Below, in pieces: positions 9,915 to 20,265 of a stretch of 64,000 nt of DNA. The position numbers and the translations under genes are program-made. Numbering within the stretch: the stretch's first letter is position 1; each line of letters begins with the position of its first letter. Location: positions 255,580 to 319,579 of the forward strand of contig CAWBHS010000088.1 in assembly GCA_963788655.1 (NCBI GenBank), written 5' to 3'. The notes under the pieces were generated by a model, which was not told the origin of the DNA, did not search any database, and saw only the letters and a program-made list of their open reading frames with translations. This stretch comes from an uncultured Verrucomicrobiae bacterium (GTDB lineage Bacteria > Verrucomicrobiota > Verrucomicrobiia > Limisphaerales > JAFGQR01).

Positions 9915-10367
9915 ATGCGCCTCCACATTGCCGCCGATCACGCCGGATACGAGCTCAAGCAGCTCCTCATGACGCACCTCGAGGGCGAGGGCCACGAGGT
10001 CACCGACCACGGAGCCTTCGAGTTCGACGATCAGGACGACTACCCCGCTTTCTGCTTCAGCGCAGGCGAGGCCGTCGTCTCCGACCCCGAGTCGCTGGGC
10101 ATCGTCCTGGGCGGCTCAGGGAACGGTGAACAGATCGCAGCGAACAAGGTCACGGGGGTGCGCGCGGCTCTCGCGTGGAGTGTCGAAACCGCCGAGCTCG
10201 GCCGCGCGCACAACAACGCGAACGTGGTGGCGCTCGGCTCGCGCCAACACGGCCTTGTCGAGGCGACCGAGATCATCGACGCGTTTATCGCGACGCCGTT
10301 CAGCGGCGAGGAACGACACCAGCGGCGCATCGATCAGCTCGCCGCCTACGAGGACGGCCGGGCATAA
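9915..10367 (+). CDS. rpiB: Ribose-5-phosphate isomerase B
   Basis: ADHAGYELK, DDYP, GGSGNGE, HNNANV, RHQRRI. Confidence 0.95.
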   Translation: MRLHIAADHAGYELKQLLMTHLEGEGHEVTDHGAFEFDDQDDYPAFCFSAGEAVVSDPESLGIVLGGSGNGEQIAANKVTGVRAALAWSVETAELGRAHNNANVVALGSRQHGLVEATEIIDAFIATPFSGEERHQRRIDQLAAYEDGRA

Positions 10368-10453
10368 ACCGGCGCGTCTGATGGTTCCCGTTTCACTGGG
10401 TGAGTGCGGCGTCGACGGCCGACGATCGCGCGAGCGTGGTGGGAGGCGACACG

Positions 10454-11659
10454 ATGAAGCAACGGTCACGGCTTGCAGTTCTGGTGGGAGCGACGGTAGC
10501 CCTCGCCCTCGCCGGGTGTTCGGCCCCCGGCACCACGACGAGCGGCGCCTCGCCGAATGCGACGTCCAATTCGACCGTCGCGTCGCGTAGCGTCACGACC
10601 GGCCCCGGCATCCCCGACGCGCATGCGATCGACGACGCCACCCTGGCGAGCGTCGGCAGCGGGTGGGTGCTGACGTTCTTCGATACCGGCGCGTACGACA
10701 AACTTCACAACCCCGTCGTCGGCCCGCGCCTGATGTACCTGATCTCGCCCGCTGGCGATCGCTATCAGGTCGCCTACTTCTCGCAGATTCGCGGCGCCGA
10801 CGTTCTCGCGTGGAACGTGGAGCAGGACAAGGTCTTCATGCGGTTCAATGGCTCGGAACTCGGCGTCTTCGACCTCGTTTCCGGCCGTCAGGCTCCGACG
10901 TGGACGCCGTGCGGGGTCGGGCCGGCGGACGTCCGTGTGGAGCCACGAACGGATGGCAACTGGCAGATCCGCGGAGCCTGCTCCGGAGCGCAGCTGGACG
11001 GCGTTTATGCCGACGACGGGTCACCGGTGAACGACGCGTCCTTCATCCCGGCGTCGCTGGGGTCGTGGGCGACGAACGTGGGCTCGACGACGGTGACGTA
11101 TTCGATGAGCGATGGAACCTTCACGGCGACGGCCGCGCCCGGGAGCCAGCCCGTGGCGCTTCAGCTTCCGGCGGGCGTCGATAGTTGCCGCCCCCTTGCG
11201 AACGGTCGCGGCGCGACCGTCACGGCGGAATGCACTTCGGCAGCGGGAAGCTCGGTATGGGAGATCGATAGCGCGGGCGGCCCGGCCGTCCCCGTTGCCA
11301 GCGCCGACGAGGTGGCAGGGTTCTCCAGCGCGCTCGCCGATTCCGGCGTCGGCTCCCCGACGACGGTCGTGAACACGTGCGTCGTCGGAGGCGCTGAGGC
11401 CGTGACGGTCCACGCGCTCGGTCGGGCGGTGGGTATCGCGGGAGGCGCGAACCTCGAGCCGGTATGGCTCCACCCGCACCAGCAGGCCGAGTACTGCTGG
11501 GGGTCGTCAGGGACCGTCGGGCTGTTCTCCTCGCAGGGGAGCCTGTGGACCTACGACACGGCGTCGAAGACCACGGTTCCGCTCGTCGAGGTGGACGCGC
11601 TCACGAACCCGCTGCCGACCGTCGGCGTGGCGCTGACGCGTTCGATCATCGCCCCGTAG
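10454..11659 (+). CDS. Secreted lipoprotein, unknown function (beta-rich, paired Cys)
   Basis: GGAGG RBS; signal peptide with lipobox LAGC. Confidence 0.65.
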   Translation: MKQRSRLAVLVGATVALALAGCSAPGTTTSGASPNATSNSTVASRSVTTGPGIPDAHAIDDATLASVGSGWVLTFFDTGAYDKLHNPVVGPRLMYLISPAGDRYQVAYFSQIRGADVLAWNVEQDKVFMRFNGSELGVFDLVSGRQAPTWTPCGVGPADVRVEPRTDGNWQIRGACSGAQLDGVYADDGSPVNDASFIPASLGSWATNVGSTTVTYSMSDGTFTATAAPGSQPVALQLPAGVDSCRPLANGRGATVTAECTSAAGSSVWEIDSAGGPAVPVASADEVAGFSSALADSGVGSPTTVVNTCVVGGAEAVTVHALGRAVGIAGGANLEPVWLHPHQQAEYCWGSSGTVGLFSSQGSLWTYDTASKTTVPLVEVDALTNPLPTVGVALTRSIIAP

Positions 11660-11662
11660 CGG

Positions 11663-12937
11663 TCAGAACATGAACCCGCAGACGGGAGCGATGGGCGAAG
11701 CCATCGCCCGCCCCAGTGCGAGTGCGGCGTCCGGCGAGTGTTCGGTGACGAGTCCTGCGGCGACGAGCGCCTCGATTCGCACGCCGCCCAGGTAGGCGGC
11801 CCCGAGCTCCTGGATGCACACGGTGAGGTCGGCGGTCGCCCCTGGCGCCTGCTCGACCGTCGCGACGCCGCCGTCGATGCGTACCCGCCACAGGCCAGCA
11901 TTCTCCTGAACCTGGAGGTCGGTGATCGAGAGGACGACGTCGGCGTCGGCCTCGTACCCGCGTCCCTCCAGCGCGGCCTTGACGTCGAGGATGCGTACCC
12001 AGACGTTGTCGGTGACGAGCGGGTTCGCCGCGCGCTCGTTGACGAGTAGGTGAACCAGGGGATCGTCGACGGCGATCGCCCAGGCCTTGGTCGCGACCAT
12101 GAGGTCGAGGTCGGTGAGGACGGACCACAGGCGTCGAGACGCCGCGGGGGTCGCAGCACCCCAGGCGTCAACGGAGGCGATGCCGTCGGGCCGGAAGTCC
12201 TCCCACGTGCCCTTGCGCCGGAACGTGGCCCACGCCACCACCTGGTCGCCGTCGCGGACCGCGGCGAAGCGTCGCGCCTCCGCGCCTTCCCGGTCCGACT
12301 CGGGGTCGTCCAGGATATTGGCGAGGAGTTCGTCCGGGATCACCGTCATGGTTCCTGGGCGAGCGTACGACGCCTGGAACGCGCGGACGATGGGCCCATG
12401 CTTGGCAAGCGAGGAGGTGTCGAGCGTGACGGTCAGGTCCTCGCTTCCTGGTACCTCGCGGAGCGCGACGCCGCGCTCGAGCTTCACGCGTAGGTCGTGC
12501 GAGGCGCGTCCGTACCCGAAGCGCTGGTAGATCTCGGGTTCCGCCGCGTACAGCGCGCTCACGGCCTCGCCTCGTGCGCGCGATCGCGCGAAGTGGTCGT
12601 CGATCATCGCGGTGAGAAGCCCGCGGCGACGGTGGCCCTGGTGAACGGCTACCCAGGTGAGTCCGGCGGTCGGTATGGTTCCGCCGCCCGGAACCCGCAT
12701 CTGAAACGGGAACGAGGAGTGAACCGCCACGGCGGAGCCGACCGGGCCGAGCTGCGCATCGGCGATCCCGACGGCGCGGCCCCGTTCAAACGGGAAGTGG
12801 CTGAGCACGTGATGACGCTCGTTGGGCCTGACGGCGAAAACGAACCCCCATTGGGTGACGTCGATCATCTCGTCGCCGCGTTCGCGCGGGAGGTCCGTGA
12901 GGCGGTATCCGGTTGGTGTAGGCACGGTCACGATCAT
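11663..12937 (-). CDS. Eis-family GNAT N-acetyltransferase
   Basis: AGLTWVAV, HRRRGLL, LYAAEPEIYQRFGYG, SCP2-like C-terminus ending CGFMF. Confidence 0.88.
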   Translation of the reverse strand: MIVTVPTPTGYRLTDLPRERGDEMIDVTQWGFVFAVRPNERHHVLSHFPFERGRAVGIADAQLGPVGSAVAVHSSFPFQMRVPGGGTIPTAGLTWVAVHQGHRRRGLLTAMIDDHFARSRARGEAVSALYAAEPEIYQRFGYGRASHDLRVKLERGVALREVPGSEDLTVTLDTSSLAKHGPIVRAFQASYARPGTMTVIPDELLANILDDPESDREGAEARRFAAVRDGDQVVAWATFRRKGTWEDFRPDGIASVDAWGAATPAASRRLWSVLTDLDLMVATKAWAIAVDDPLVHLLVNERAANPLVTDNVWVRILDVKAALEGRGYEADADVVLSITDLQVQENAGLWRVRIDGGVATVEQAPGATADLTVCIQELGAAYLGGVRIEALVAAGLVTEHSPDAALALGRAMASPIAPVCGFMF

Positions 12938-13002
12938 GGCACGGGAGTGAAATGGGTCGCCACGACGCTAGGCCACGAATACGCAACGATCGCGGTGCCG
13001 CC

Positions 13003-14451
13003 CTAGCCCGCGATCTCGATTTCGTACCAGGCAACCCAGCCCGGGCTGGAGTCCGTGGTCACGCGCACGCGCTCCACTCCCGCGCGCGGGTGCTCGAACG
13101 TAAAGTCCAGCGGGGTGCCGTCGGTGGTGTCGCCGTCGAAGGTGGTCACGTCGTCCCACGCGCCGTCGGCGAACACGGAGACGCGGTGGATCGTCGGACC
13201 CGCGGGGTACTGGGCGGGGACCAGGGTGATGGACCTGACGGTCGACGGTTCCGCAAGGGTGACCTCGATCCACTGCACCGGGTCGGCCCCGGAGTTCCAC
13301 AGCGTCCCCCAATCGCCGTCGATCGCCTGCTCGGGGGGTGACCCCGGCTCCGCGGCAGATGCCTGGACGGTCGCGCCGAGCGCGAGATTCGCCGCCCTCA
13401 TCTCGTCGGTGAAACCCAGTCCGCCCGGATCCGCAAGGTACTGGCGAACGAGTCCCGTGAAGGTCGAGGCATCCGACTCGGGTAGGACGTGGTCGGGACG
13501 ATCCACCCACGACTGAAACAGCACGTGGCGGGGAGGTCCGCCCGCCGTAGCCAGGTAGGCCTTGACGCGCTCGCCAGTAGTGGCCACCCACTGCGCGTCC
13601 GTCGGGTCGGTTCCGTTGCCGGCGAAGATCACTCCGACGGGGACGCCGACGCCGTCGCCGTGTGTCGCGATGAGGGCGGCGTCGGACGCCCACGCGTCGC
13701 GGTTCCAGTCGATATCGAGGTGCAGAAACGCGAGGCTATATCCGTTGGTTTCCCTGAACGCATCGATCCAGTGCGTGTAGGTGTCGACCGTTGTCGGTGG
13801 CGGAGTCGGCTCGGTGTCCCCGACGAGCACCTGGGGAAAGTAGCCGCGCATGATGTCGACGAAGGCTGCGACCTTACCCGCGATCGTGGGGGCGTCCCAG
13901 TGGCAGGCGTTGGGTCCGTCGTAGACGGAGCCGTAGTAGAACGGTTCGTCCATCGCGACGAGGTCGATCTGGCCCCCGGCCTTAAGGATGCGCTGGGAGA
14001 TGGCGCGGGCGTCCGAGCTCCCGGCGAATCCCTCCGTGTCCGCCCCGCACTCGGCTGTCGCGTCGAGGGGGCCCATCTCCACGGCGAGGGCGAAGCCGTG
14101 GTCGCGGATCGCCTGGACCGCGGTCCGAAGGTTGGCCTCGGAGGTGGACCCCACCCACTCGCCGTAGAGCTTGAAGACCTGGATGCCCGCGGCCGCCTCA
14201 GGCCAATCGGCCGTCGGGGAGAACAGGTCCATGAAGTCGTCGGAACCCGTGAAGGGCCTGCCGGGGCCCGTGCTCAGGGGCGGGAGGGGCGCGAACCACA
14301 CGAGGTCGCCCCCGAGGTCGGGCAAGGGCGGGGCAGTCGCGCTCGCACTCGCCGACGGCACGCCGTCGCTCGGAACGGTGCCCGGTCCCGCCGAGCAGGC
14401 GGAGAGGGAGAGCGCGGCGACGGCCGCTAACAGAATGGCGCGAGGAGCCAT
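13003..14451 (-). CDS. Lipoprotein with putative glycoside-hydrolase-like N domain and C-terminal F5/8 type C (discoidin/CBM32) domain
   Basis: Lipobox LSAC; NLALGATVQAS..AIDGD..TLWNS..QWIEVTL..EIEI discoidin pattern; AMDEP acidic motif. Confidence 0.65.
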   Translation of the reverse strand: MAPRAILLAAVAALSLSACSAGPGTVPSDGVPSASASATAPPLPDLGGDLVWFAPLPPLSTGPGRPFTGSDDFMDLFSPTADWPEAAAGIQVFKLYGEWVGSTSEANLRTAVQAIRDHGFALAVEMGPLDATAECGADTEGFAGSSDARAISQRILKAGGQIDLVAMDEPFYYGSVYDGPNACHWDAPTIAGKVAAFVDIMRGYFPQVLVGDTEPTPPPTTVDTYTHWIDAFRETNGYSLAFLHLDIDWNRDAWASDAALIATHGDGVGVPVGVIFAGNGTDPTDAQWVATTGERVKAYLATAGGPPRHVLFQSWVDRPDHVLPESDASTFTGLVRQYLADPGGLGFTDEMRAANLALGATVQASAAEPGSPPEQAIDGDWGTLWNSGADPVQWIEVTLAEPSTVRSITLVPAQYPAGPTIHRVSVFADGAWDDVTTFDGDTTDGTPLDFTFEHPRAGVERVRVTTDSSPGWVAWYEIEIAG

Positions 14452-14500
14452 GCGACGAGGATAACCCGACCGCCCCTCGATCAGTCCAGGTTCGCGTCGG

Positions 14501-14995
14501 TCATTCGTGGGCGTCGATCAGGCCGCGCAGGCGCCCGTACTCGACCTTGAGGCACCGATTCTGGATCACGTCGAGGCCGGCGTCCCTGGCGGCGGCCGCG
14601 GCCTCCTCGTTGACGATGCCGAGCTGCATGAACACGGTCGTAGCCCCGACGGCGATGGCGTCCTCGACGACGGGTGGGACGTCCTCCGAGCGGCGGAACA
14701 CGTCCACGAGGTCGGGAACCACGGGCAGGTCGGCGAGCGAGGCGTACACGGGTTGACCCAGGACGTCTTCGCCCGCCGCTCTCGGATTCACCCAGTACAG
14801 CTCGTACGGCGTGTTCTTCTGGAGCCACGCGCCGATGGCGTGTGACGTGCGGTCCGGCCGGGGCGACAGGCCGACGACGGCGACGGTTCGGGTCCGCGCG
14901 AGGATTCCCGCGAGGGTTGGGTCGTCGGGCGCCTGGCCGGGCGTCGGCGCGGGGCACGCGTCGTCGGAGCCGCCGACGTTCACAAACGAGTCCAT
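14501..14995 (-). CDS. CoA-binding protein (YccU-like)
   Basis: VAVVGLS, WVNP, VDVFRRSE, MQLGIVN, NRCLKVE. Confidence 0.88.
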   Translation of the reverse strand: MDSFVNVGGSDDACPAPTPGQAPDDPTLAGILARTRTVAVVGLSPRPDRTSHAIGAWLQKNTPYELYWVNPRAAGEDVLGQPVYASLADLPVVPDLVDVFRRSEDVPPVVEDAIAVGATTVFMQLGIVNEEAAAAARDAGLDVIQNRCLKVEYGRLRGLIDAHE

Positions 14996-15044
14996 ATCGC
15001 CTCAACGCTATCGCCGGAGCGATCCTTCCCCCGCGAGGTTGGCT

Positions 15045-15629
15045 CTAGCGGGCGTCGCCGAGGATGCCGGTCTCGAGGGTGGCGAGCAGCGCGGCGCGCA
15101 CCCGCTCGATATCGGACCCTGCGGAGACGGCGCGGACCGAGGCTGTGAGCAGGCCTCCGACGAGCTGGGCGGCGAGCACAGCGTCCGTCGTTCCAGCCTC
15201 GTTCAGGGCATCGATCAGGGGCGCGTATTGCTCGCGGTGGAGGGCGTCGACCCGCGCCCGGAGCACGGCGGGAAGTTCGGCCGTCGCGGCCGCGTCGAAG
15301 GACCGGTGCTCAGGTTGAGTGGCGAGGTCGAGCGCGGTCGAGACGTATGCCGTGATCTTCACGGCGGGCGTGGGGGCCGCGTCGACGGCGGCGCGGAGAG
15401 CCACCGTCGCCTCCGGGAAGCTGTCCTCGATGATGGCGGCGAGAAGCGCGTCCGACGAGTCGAAGTATTGATACACGCTGGAGCGGGCGATGCCTGCCAC
15501 GGCCCCGACCGCCGCGGGCGTCACGGCGTCGGCGCCTTGCTCGGCGAGGATCTCGCGGCCCGCGCGCACGAGCGCGGCCCGGCGCTGGTCGCGGTGCTCG
15601 GCGACGGTGGGGGCGTCGATCTTCGGCAT
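15045..15629 (-). CDS. TetR/AcrR family regulator
   Basis: MPKIDAPTVAEHR, HTH AVAGIARSSVYQYF; divergent from MFS gene. Confidence 0.9.
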   Translation of the reverse strand: MPKIDAPTVAEHRDQRRAALVRAGREILAEQGADAVTPAAVGAVAGIARSSVYQYFDSSDALLAAIIEDSFPEATVALRAAVDAAPTPAVKITAYVSTALDLATQPEHRSFDAAATAELPAVLRARVDALHREQYAPLIDALNEAGTTDAVLAAQLVGGLLTASVRAVSAGSDIERVRAALLATLETGILGDAR

Positions 15630-15650
15630 CGGCCCTCCCGTTTTGCTTGA

Positions 15651-15687
15651 CGACACTGGTGTCGGTAAGATACCGACATGACTGTCG
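15651..15687. promoter_or_regulatory. Two TetR operator candidates CGACA-N4-TGTCG
   Basis: CGACACTGGTGTCG (15651-15664) and CGACATGACTGTCG (15674-15687) flanking TAAGAT -10. Confidence 0.7.
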
Positions 15688-17300
15688 ATAAGAATACCTC
15701 GCCTGCGCCGGACGCCACCACCGCGAAAAAGGATCGCCGTTGGTGGGCCCTTGGCGCTGTCGCCCTCGCCGTTTCCCTCATCATCATGGACGCGACGGTC
15801 GTCAACGTCGCGCTACCCGTCATCATTCGCGACATCGGCCTCACCGCGTCTGAGGCGGAGTGGATGAACGCCGTCTACGCGCTGATGTTCGCGGCGCTGC
15901 TCCTCACCGCCGGTCGCGTGGGCGACATCTGGGGACGCCGGAGGCTTCTCTTCACGGGCATGACCCTCTTCCTGATCGCGAGCGTGGTGGCTGGCACCGT
16001 GAGCCACGGGGGAGCGCTGATCGGGGCGCGCCTGGGGCAGGGGATCGGCGCGGCCCTCATCCTCCCGACCACGTTGTCGACCCTCAACGCCGTGTTCGTC
16101 GGACGACAGCGAGCCATCGCGTTCGCCGTGTGGGGTTCGACCATCGGCGGAATGGCGGCCGTGGGACCCCTCGTCGGGGGCTGGCTCACCACGGACGTGT
16201 CGTGGCGATGGGCCTTCTGGATCAACATCCCCGTGGGCCTGGTCGTCATCGCGCTCACGCTGTACGCGGTTCCGGAGACGCGAGACGAGACGGGGTCGCG
16301 CAAACTCGACGGCGTGGGTGTGATCCTGTCGCTCGTCGGGATGGGCTCCATCGTCTACGCCCTTATCGAGGGCGTCCGGTACGGCTGGTGGCTCCAGGGC
16401 TCCGGCGCTCTGTCGCCCGTTCCCGTCGCGTTCCTCGGCGGCGTCATCGTCATGGCGATATTCGTGCTCACGCAGATCAGGCGAGCCCGCTCCGGCGCGG
16501 TGACCCTCGTCGATCTTGGGTTGCTGCGCGTCCGTTCCTTCCGCTACGGCTCGCTCGCGGCGCTCGTGGTGGCGCTCGGCGAGCTCGGGCTCCTCTTCAC
16601 CCTTCCGCTCCTGCTTCAGAACGCCCTCGGCTACTCCGCGCTTGGCACCGGTTGGCTCATCGTCGCCCTGGCCGTCGGAACCTTCCTCGTCTCCGGGGCG
16701 ACGCCACAACTGACGCGCCGCTGGGGTGGGCGGGCCGTCGTCCGAACGGGCCTCGCCTCCGAGGCCGTGGCCGTCGCGGGCCTGTCCTTGTCCATCAACG
16801 CGCACGTGAGCGGCTGGGCGATCGCGGGGTGGCTGTTCCTCTACGGCCTGGGAGTGGGGATGGCGACGGCTCAGCTCACGAGCGTGATCCTCGCCGAGAT
16901 CCCCGTGGCCGAATCCGGGCAGGCGTCCGGACTCCAGAGCACCTTCCGTCAGCTCGGCTCCGCGCTGGGCGTCGCCATACTCGGCACGCTGTTGGTGACG
17001 ACGCTCGGGCACCAAACGCGCACGAATCTCGAGGACAGCGGGGTCACCGCGGCGCAGAGCGCTCAGGTTGCCGATTCGGTCCGGCACTCCGCCGGCGCGG
17101 TCATCCCCGCGCTCGAGGCGAATGCGTCCACCCAGGCGTCCGGCGTCGTCGCGCGTGACGCGCTCATCACCGCGTCCAAGATCACGACGGGTAGCGCCGC
17201 GGTCGTCATCGCGCTTGGCCTCGCTGCGACGCTCGCCCTGCCGCCGACCCCTCCGGAGGGCGGGACGACGCGACGGCGTCGAACCTCCGCGCGGGCCTAG
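15678..17300 (+). CDS. DHA2 (EmrB/QacA) MFS efflux transporter
   Basis: MDATVVNVALP, GRVGDIWGRRR, WRWAFWINIPVG. Confidence 0.92.
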   Translation: MTVDKNTSPAPDATTAKKDRRWWALGAVALAVSLIIMDATVVNVALPVIIRDIGLTASEAEWMNAVYALMFAALLLTAGRVGDIWGRRRLLFTGMTLFLIASVVAGTVSHGGALIGARLGQGIGAALILPTTLSTLNAVFVGRQRAIAFAVWGSTIGGMAAVGPLVGGWLTTDVSWRWAFWINIPVGLVVIALTLYAVPETRDETGSRKLDGVGVILSLVGMGSIVYALIEGVRYGWWLQGSGALSPVPVAFLGGVIVMAIFVLTQIRRARSGAVTLVDLGLLRVRSFRYGSLAALVVALGELGLLFTLPLLLQNALGYSALGTGWLIVALAVGTFLVSGATPQLTRRWGGRAVVRTGLASEAVAVAGLSLSINAHVSGWAIAGWLFLYGLGVGMATAQLTSVILAEIPVAESGQASGLQSTFRQLGSALGVAILGTLLVTTLGHQTRTNLEDSGVTAAQSAQVADSVRHSAGAVIPALEANASTQASGVVARDALITASKITTGSAAVVIALGLAATLALPPTPPEGGTTRRRRTSARA

Positions 17301-17313
17301 CCAGAGGTCGCGA

Positions 17314-17982
17314 CTAGATGTAGTACATCGCGGGTTCGCGATCCTGGTTGACGTTCACGGGCGTGGTGCGTCGCTCCGTCGCGAGAGAAGCCCCGGAGTC
17401 AACGGACGACGCCGCCGTGCCTGCCTCGACGACGCCGGGGTGCTCGCGGATCACGGCGGGAATTCCGACCGCAGTGGCGCATTCGGGGACGTCCTTGACG
17501 ACGACGGCGTTCGCGCCGATGCGCGCGTTCGAGCCGATGACGACGGGTCCGAGGACCTTCGCCCCCGCGCCGACGACGACGCGGTCTCCAACGGTCGGGT
17601 GACGCTTGCCCGGCGACATGCTCGTCCCGCCGAGGGTGACGCCGTGGAAGAGCAACACGTCGTCTCCGACGACGGCGGTCTCGCCGATGACGACGCCCAT
17701 GCCGTGGTCAATGAATACGCGACGCCCGATCTGGGCGCCGGGGTGAATCTCGATGCCCGTGCGCGAGCGCGCGTGCTGCGACAGGAGCCGGGCGGGAACG
17801 CGAAGGTGGTGGGTCCACATCCAGTGCGCCGCGCGGTGATACCAGACCGCGTGCACGCCCTGATAGGACCAGACGATGACGAACGTGGAGCGCGCGGCGG
17901 GGTCCCGATCGTGCGCCGCGCGAACGTCCTCGCGCATCCTCGTCACGAGGCCCACGCGTCGGCGTGATGCCTGCTTCGTCAT
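17314..17982 (-). CDS. cysE: Serine O-acetyltransferase
   Basis: [36 protein letters not shown]; downstream of cysK. Confidence 0.95.
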   Translation of the reverse strand: MTKQASRRRVGLVTRMREDVRAAHDRDPAARSTFVIVWSYQGVHAVWYHRAAHWMWTHHLRVPARLLSQHARSRTGIEIHPGAQIGRRVFIDHGMGVVIGETAVVGDDVLLFHGVTLGGTSMSPGKRHPTVGDRVVVGAGAKVLGPVVIGSNARIGANAVVVKDVPECATAVGIPAVIREHPGVVEAGTAASSVDSGASLATERRTTPVNVNQDREPAMYYI

Positions 17983-18075
17983 GGAAAGCCTCCTCCAGCC
18001 GATGATGGGCGGCCCGGGCGAGTGTAACGCCCGGACCACCCCGTTCCTTCCGTGCCCCCGCGGAAGGACGTCGAA

Positions 18076-19011
18076 TCAGTCCATCAGATCCGCGTACAAC
18101 ACGGACGACAGGTACCGCTCCCCGAACGAGGGGATGATGACGACGATCGTCTTGCCCTTGTTCTCGGGACGCTTCGCGACGATCGCTGCGGCACTCAGCG
18201 CAGCACCAGACGAGATGCCAACGAGCAGGCCCTCCTCCTTCGCGGCGGCACGGGCCGTCTCGATCGCCGTTTCCGAATCGACGTCGATGACCTCGTCGTA
18301 GATCTCCGTGTTGAGGATCTCGGGAATGAAGTTCGCGCCGATGCCCTGGATCTTGTGCGGGCCGGGCTCGCCACCGGTGAGGATCGGCGATTCTGCCGGC
18401 TCGACGGCGACGATCTGGATCGACGGCTTCTTCTTCTTGAGCGCCTCGCCCACGCCGGTAATCGTCCCTCCGGTGCCGATGCCCGCGACGACGATGTCCA
18501 CCTCGCCGTCCGTGTCGTCCCAGATCTCGACGGCCGTCGTCGTCCGGTGAATCTCCGGGTTGGCCTCGTTCGCGAACTGGCGCGCGAGAATCGCACCCGG
18601 ACGCTCCTTCGCGATCTTTTCCGACTCGTCGACCGCTCCCTTCATGCCCGCCGCGCCCGGCGTCAGGATCAGCTCGGCGCCGAACGCCCGGAGAAGAGCG
18701 CGACGCTCCTTGGACATCGTGTCCGGCATCGTGAGGACGACGTTGTAGCCGCGAGCAGCGCCCACGAACGCGAGCGCGATTCCCGTGTTCCCGCTCGTCG
18801 CCTCGACGATGGTCCCGCCGGGCTTGAGCGATCCGTCCTTCTCCGCGGCGTCGATGATCGCGACGCCGATGCGGTCCTTGACCGAGTTCGCGGGGTTGTA
18901 GAACTCGAGCTTGGCGAGCACGGTCGCACCCGCGCCCTTCGTCAGCTTGTTGATGCGCACGAGCGGGGTGTTCCCCACGAGCTTCGTCGCGTCGTCGTAA
19001 ATCTTTCCCAT
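18076..19011 (-). CDS. cysK: Cysteine synthase A
   Basis: [50 protein letters not shown]. Confidence 0.97.
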   Translation of the reverse strand: MGKIYDDATKLVGNTPLVRINKLTKGAGATVLAKLEFYNPANSVKDRIGVAIIDAAEKDGSLKPGGTIVEATSGNTGIALAFVGAARGYNVVLTMPDTMSKERRALLRAFGAELILTPGAAGMKGAVDESEKIAKERPGAILARQFANEANPEIHRTTTAVEIWDDTDGEVDIVVAGIGTGGTITGVGEALKKKKPSIQIVAVEPAESPILTGGEPGPHKIQGIGANFIPEILNTEIYDEVIDVDSETAIETARAAAKEEGLLVGISSGAALSAAAIVAKRPENKGKTIVVIIPSFGERYLSSVLYADLMD

Positions 19012-19176
19012 GTCAGTTCCTTCGTTCAGGCGGGGCGGGCGAGGCCGTCCCGTATTCGTCGGTTCGTGGATCGCGCGACAGCGCGGATGCGTCATCCCGC
19101 GAGACGGCGGGGGCGCCGGGGCGAGCACTGGCGTGGCAGAGGTCTGCCGCGTTCCGCGGGTGCGGGTGCCAGCGCT

Positions 19177-19299
19177 CTACAGACAGCGGCAGCAGCCCTC
19201 GCCACAGGCGCAGGTGCACATGCGGGGAGCCATAGAACCCATCATGGGGGCAAGGGACGACGTCGTCACGCACGTGACGCGGAGCGTGGTGTCGCTCAT
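19177..19299 (-). CDS. Cys/Met-rich leader peptide (40 aa) upstream of cysK
   Basis: MSDTTLRVTCVTTSSLAPMMGSMAPRMCTCACGEGCCRCL; GAGGAGG RBS; 6 Cys in last 13 codons; stop 165 nt before cysK. Confidence 0.8.
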   Translation of the reverse strand: MSDTTLRVTCVTTSSLAPMMGSMAPRMCTCACGEGCCRCL

Positions 19300-19454
19300 G
19301 TCCTGCCCTCCTCTTCCGGGTGGTGCCAGGGTAACGCCGCTCCGCCCGTGACGCAATCGAGACAGTGGTGGTGGCGTTCGTCTCGAATGCGTGCGCGGCG
19401 CCCACGTCGCGACTAGGCTCGGAATATCCGCAACGACGCGGAAAGGAGTTGGCC

Positions 19455-19901
19455 ATGGCCAGTTCGCTGATGTACAAGGAACTCGTCGCGGAGCCCGCCG
19501 CGGTACTTGACGGCATCTCCGACCTCAAGCGACGCTCCCATATCCTGTCCTCGCTCGTCCATCTCGAGGCGGAACCGAAGACGGAAATCGTCGAAGGCGC
19601 CACCTGGCGCGAGACACGCAAGGTACTCAACGCCACGTTCACGTGCGACGTCGTCGTCTCCAAGGTGACCCCTGGCGTCGGTTTCACGCTAGAGACCGCG
19701 CTCGAAGGCGAGACGATTGACTTCATCTATCGGGTGAAACCGTCGGCGATGGGCGTCCGGCTCGAGATCGAGATCGTCGAAGCCGAGGCGGTCGGGCTCA
19801 ACAAGCGCCTGCGCGGACTCATCTCGGGCGGGGCGATGCGCATGGCCAAGGACATCGTTGAGCGCGACATCGACGACCTGCGGGCGGCGCTGCGTACGTA
19901 G
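19455..19901 (+). CDS. SRPBCC/polyketide cyclase-like protein
   Basis: AAAGGAG RBS; EGATWRETRK and DIDDLRAAL pattern typical of SRPBCC fold. Confidence 0.65.
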   Translation: MASSLMYKELVAEPAAVLDGISDLKRRSHILSSLVHLEAEPKTEIVEGATWRETRKVLNATFTCDVVVSKVTPGVGFTLETALEGETIDFIYRVKPSAMGVRLEIEIVEAEAVGLNKRLRGLISGGAMRMAKDIVERDIDDLRAALRT

Positions 19902-19906
19902 CTGGC

Positions 19907-20188
19907 TTACGGCTCGATCGTGACGCCACGCCAGAACGCGACGTATCGAGCGATCTCGCGCGCCGCGGGTTTGGGCGCGGGTACCGACCATGCTGCGTCG
20001 GGGTTGACCTGGCCGTCGACGACGACGTCGAAGTACTCGGTGCGGCCCTTCCACGGGCACGTGGTCGCGAGGTCGCTGCGCTTGAGGTACTCCGTGTTGA
20101 CCGAGTCCGGCGGGAAGTAATGGCTGTCTTCCACGACGACGGTCTGGTCGGACTGCGCGATGACCGCGCCGTTCCATGTGGCCCTCAT
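19907..20188 (-). CDS. DUF427 family protein
   Basis: MRATWNGAVIA, HYFPPDSV, TTCPWKG, NPDAAW, VAFW. Confidence 0.88.
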   Translation of the reverse strand: MRATWNGAVIAQSDQTVVVEDSHYFPPDSVNTEYLKRSDLATTCPWKGRTEYFDVVVDGQVNPDAAWSVPAPKPAAREIARYVAFWRGVTIEP

Positions 20189-20265
20189 ATCAGTTCTCCT
20201 TGACGTCCGGCACGTTGCACAATGGAACGCCGTCGCGGGCGTCCCCATTCCGCCTCGTAGGCGAG

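Noticed and set aside
7990..9972. 660-aa ORF antisense to the M13 peptidase, and similar long shadow ORFs (25677-27875 extension, 44157-46250, 47696-49573)
   Set aside because: High-GC codon bias removes stops on opposite and alternate frames; no recognisable motifs.
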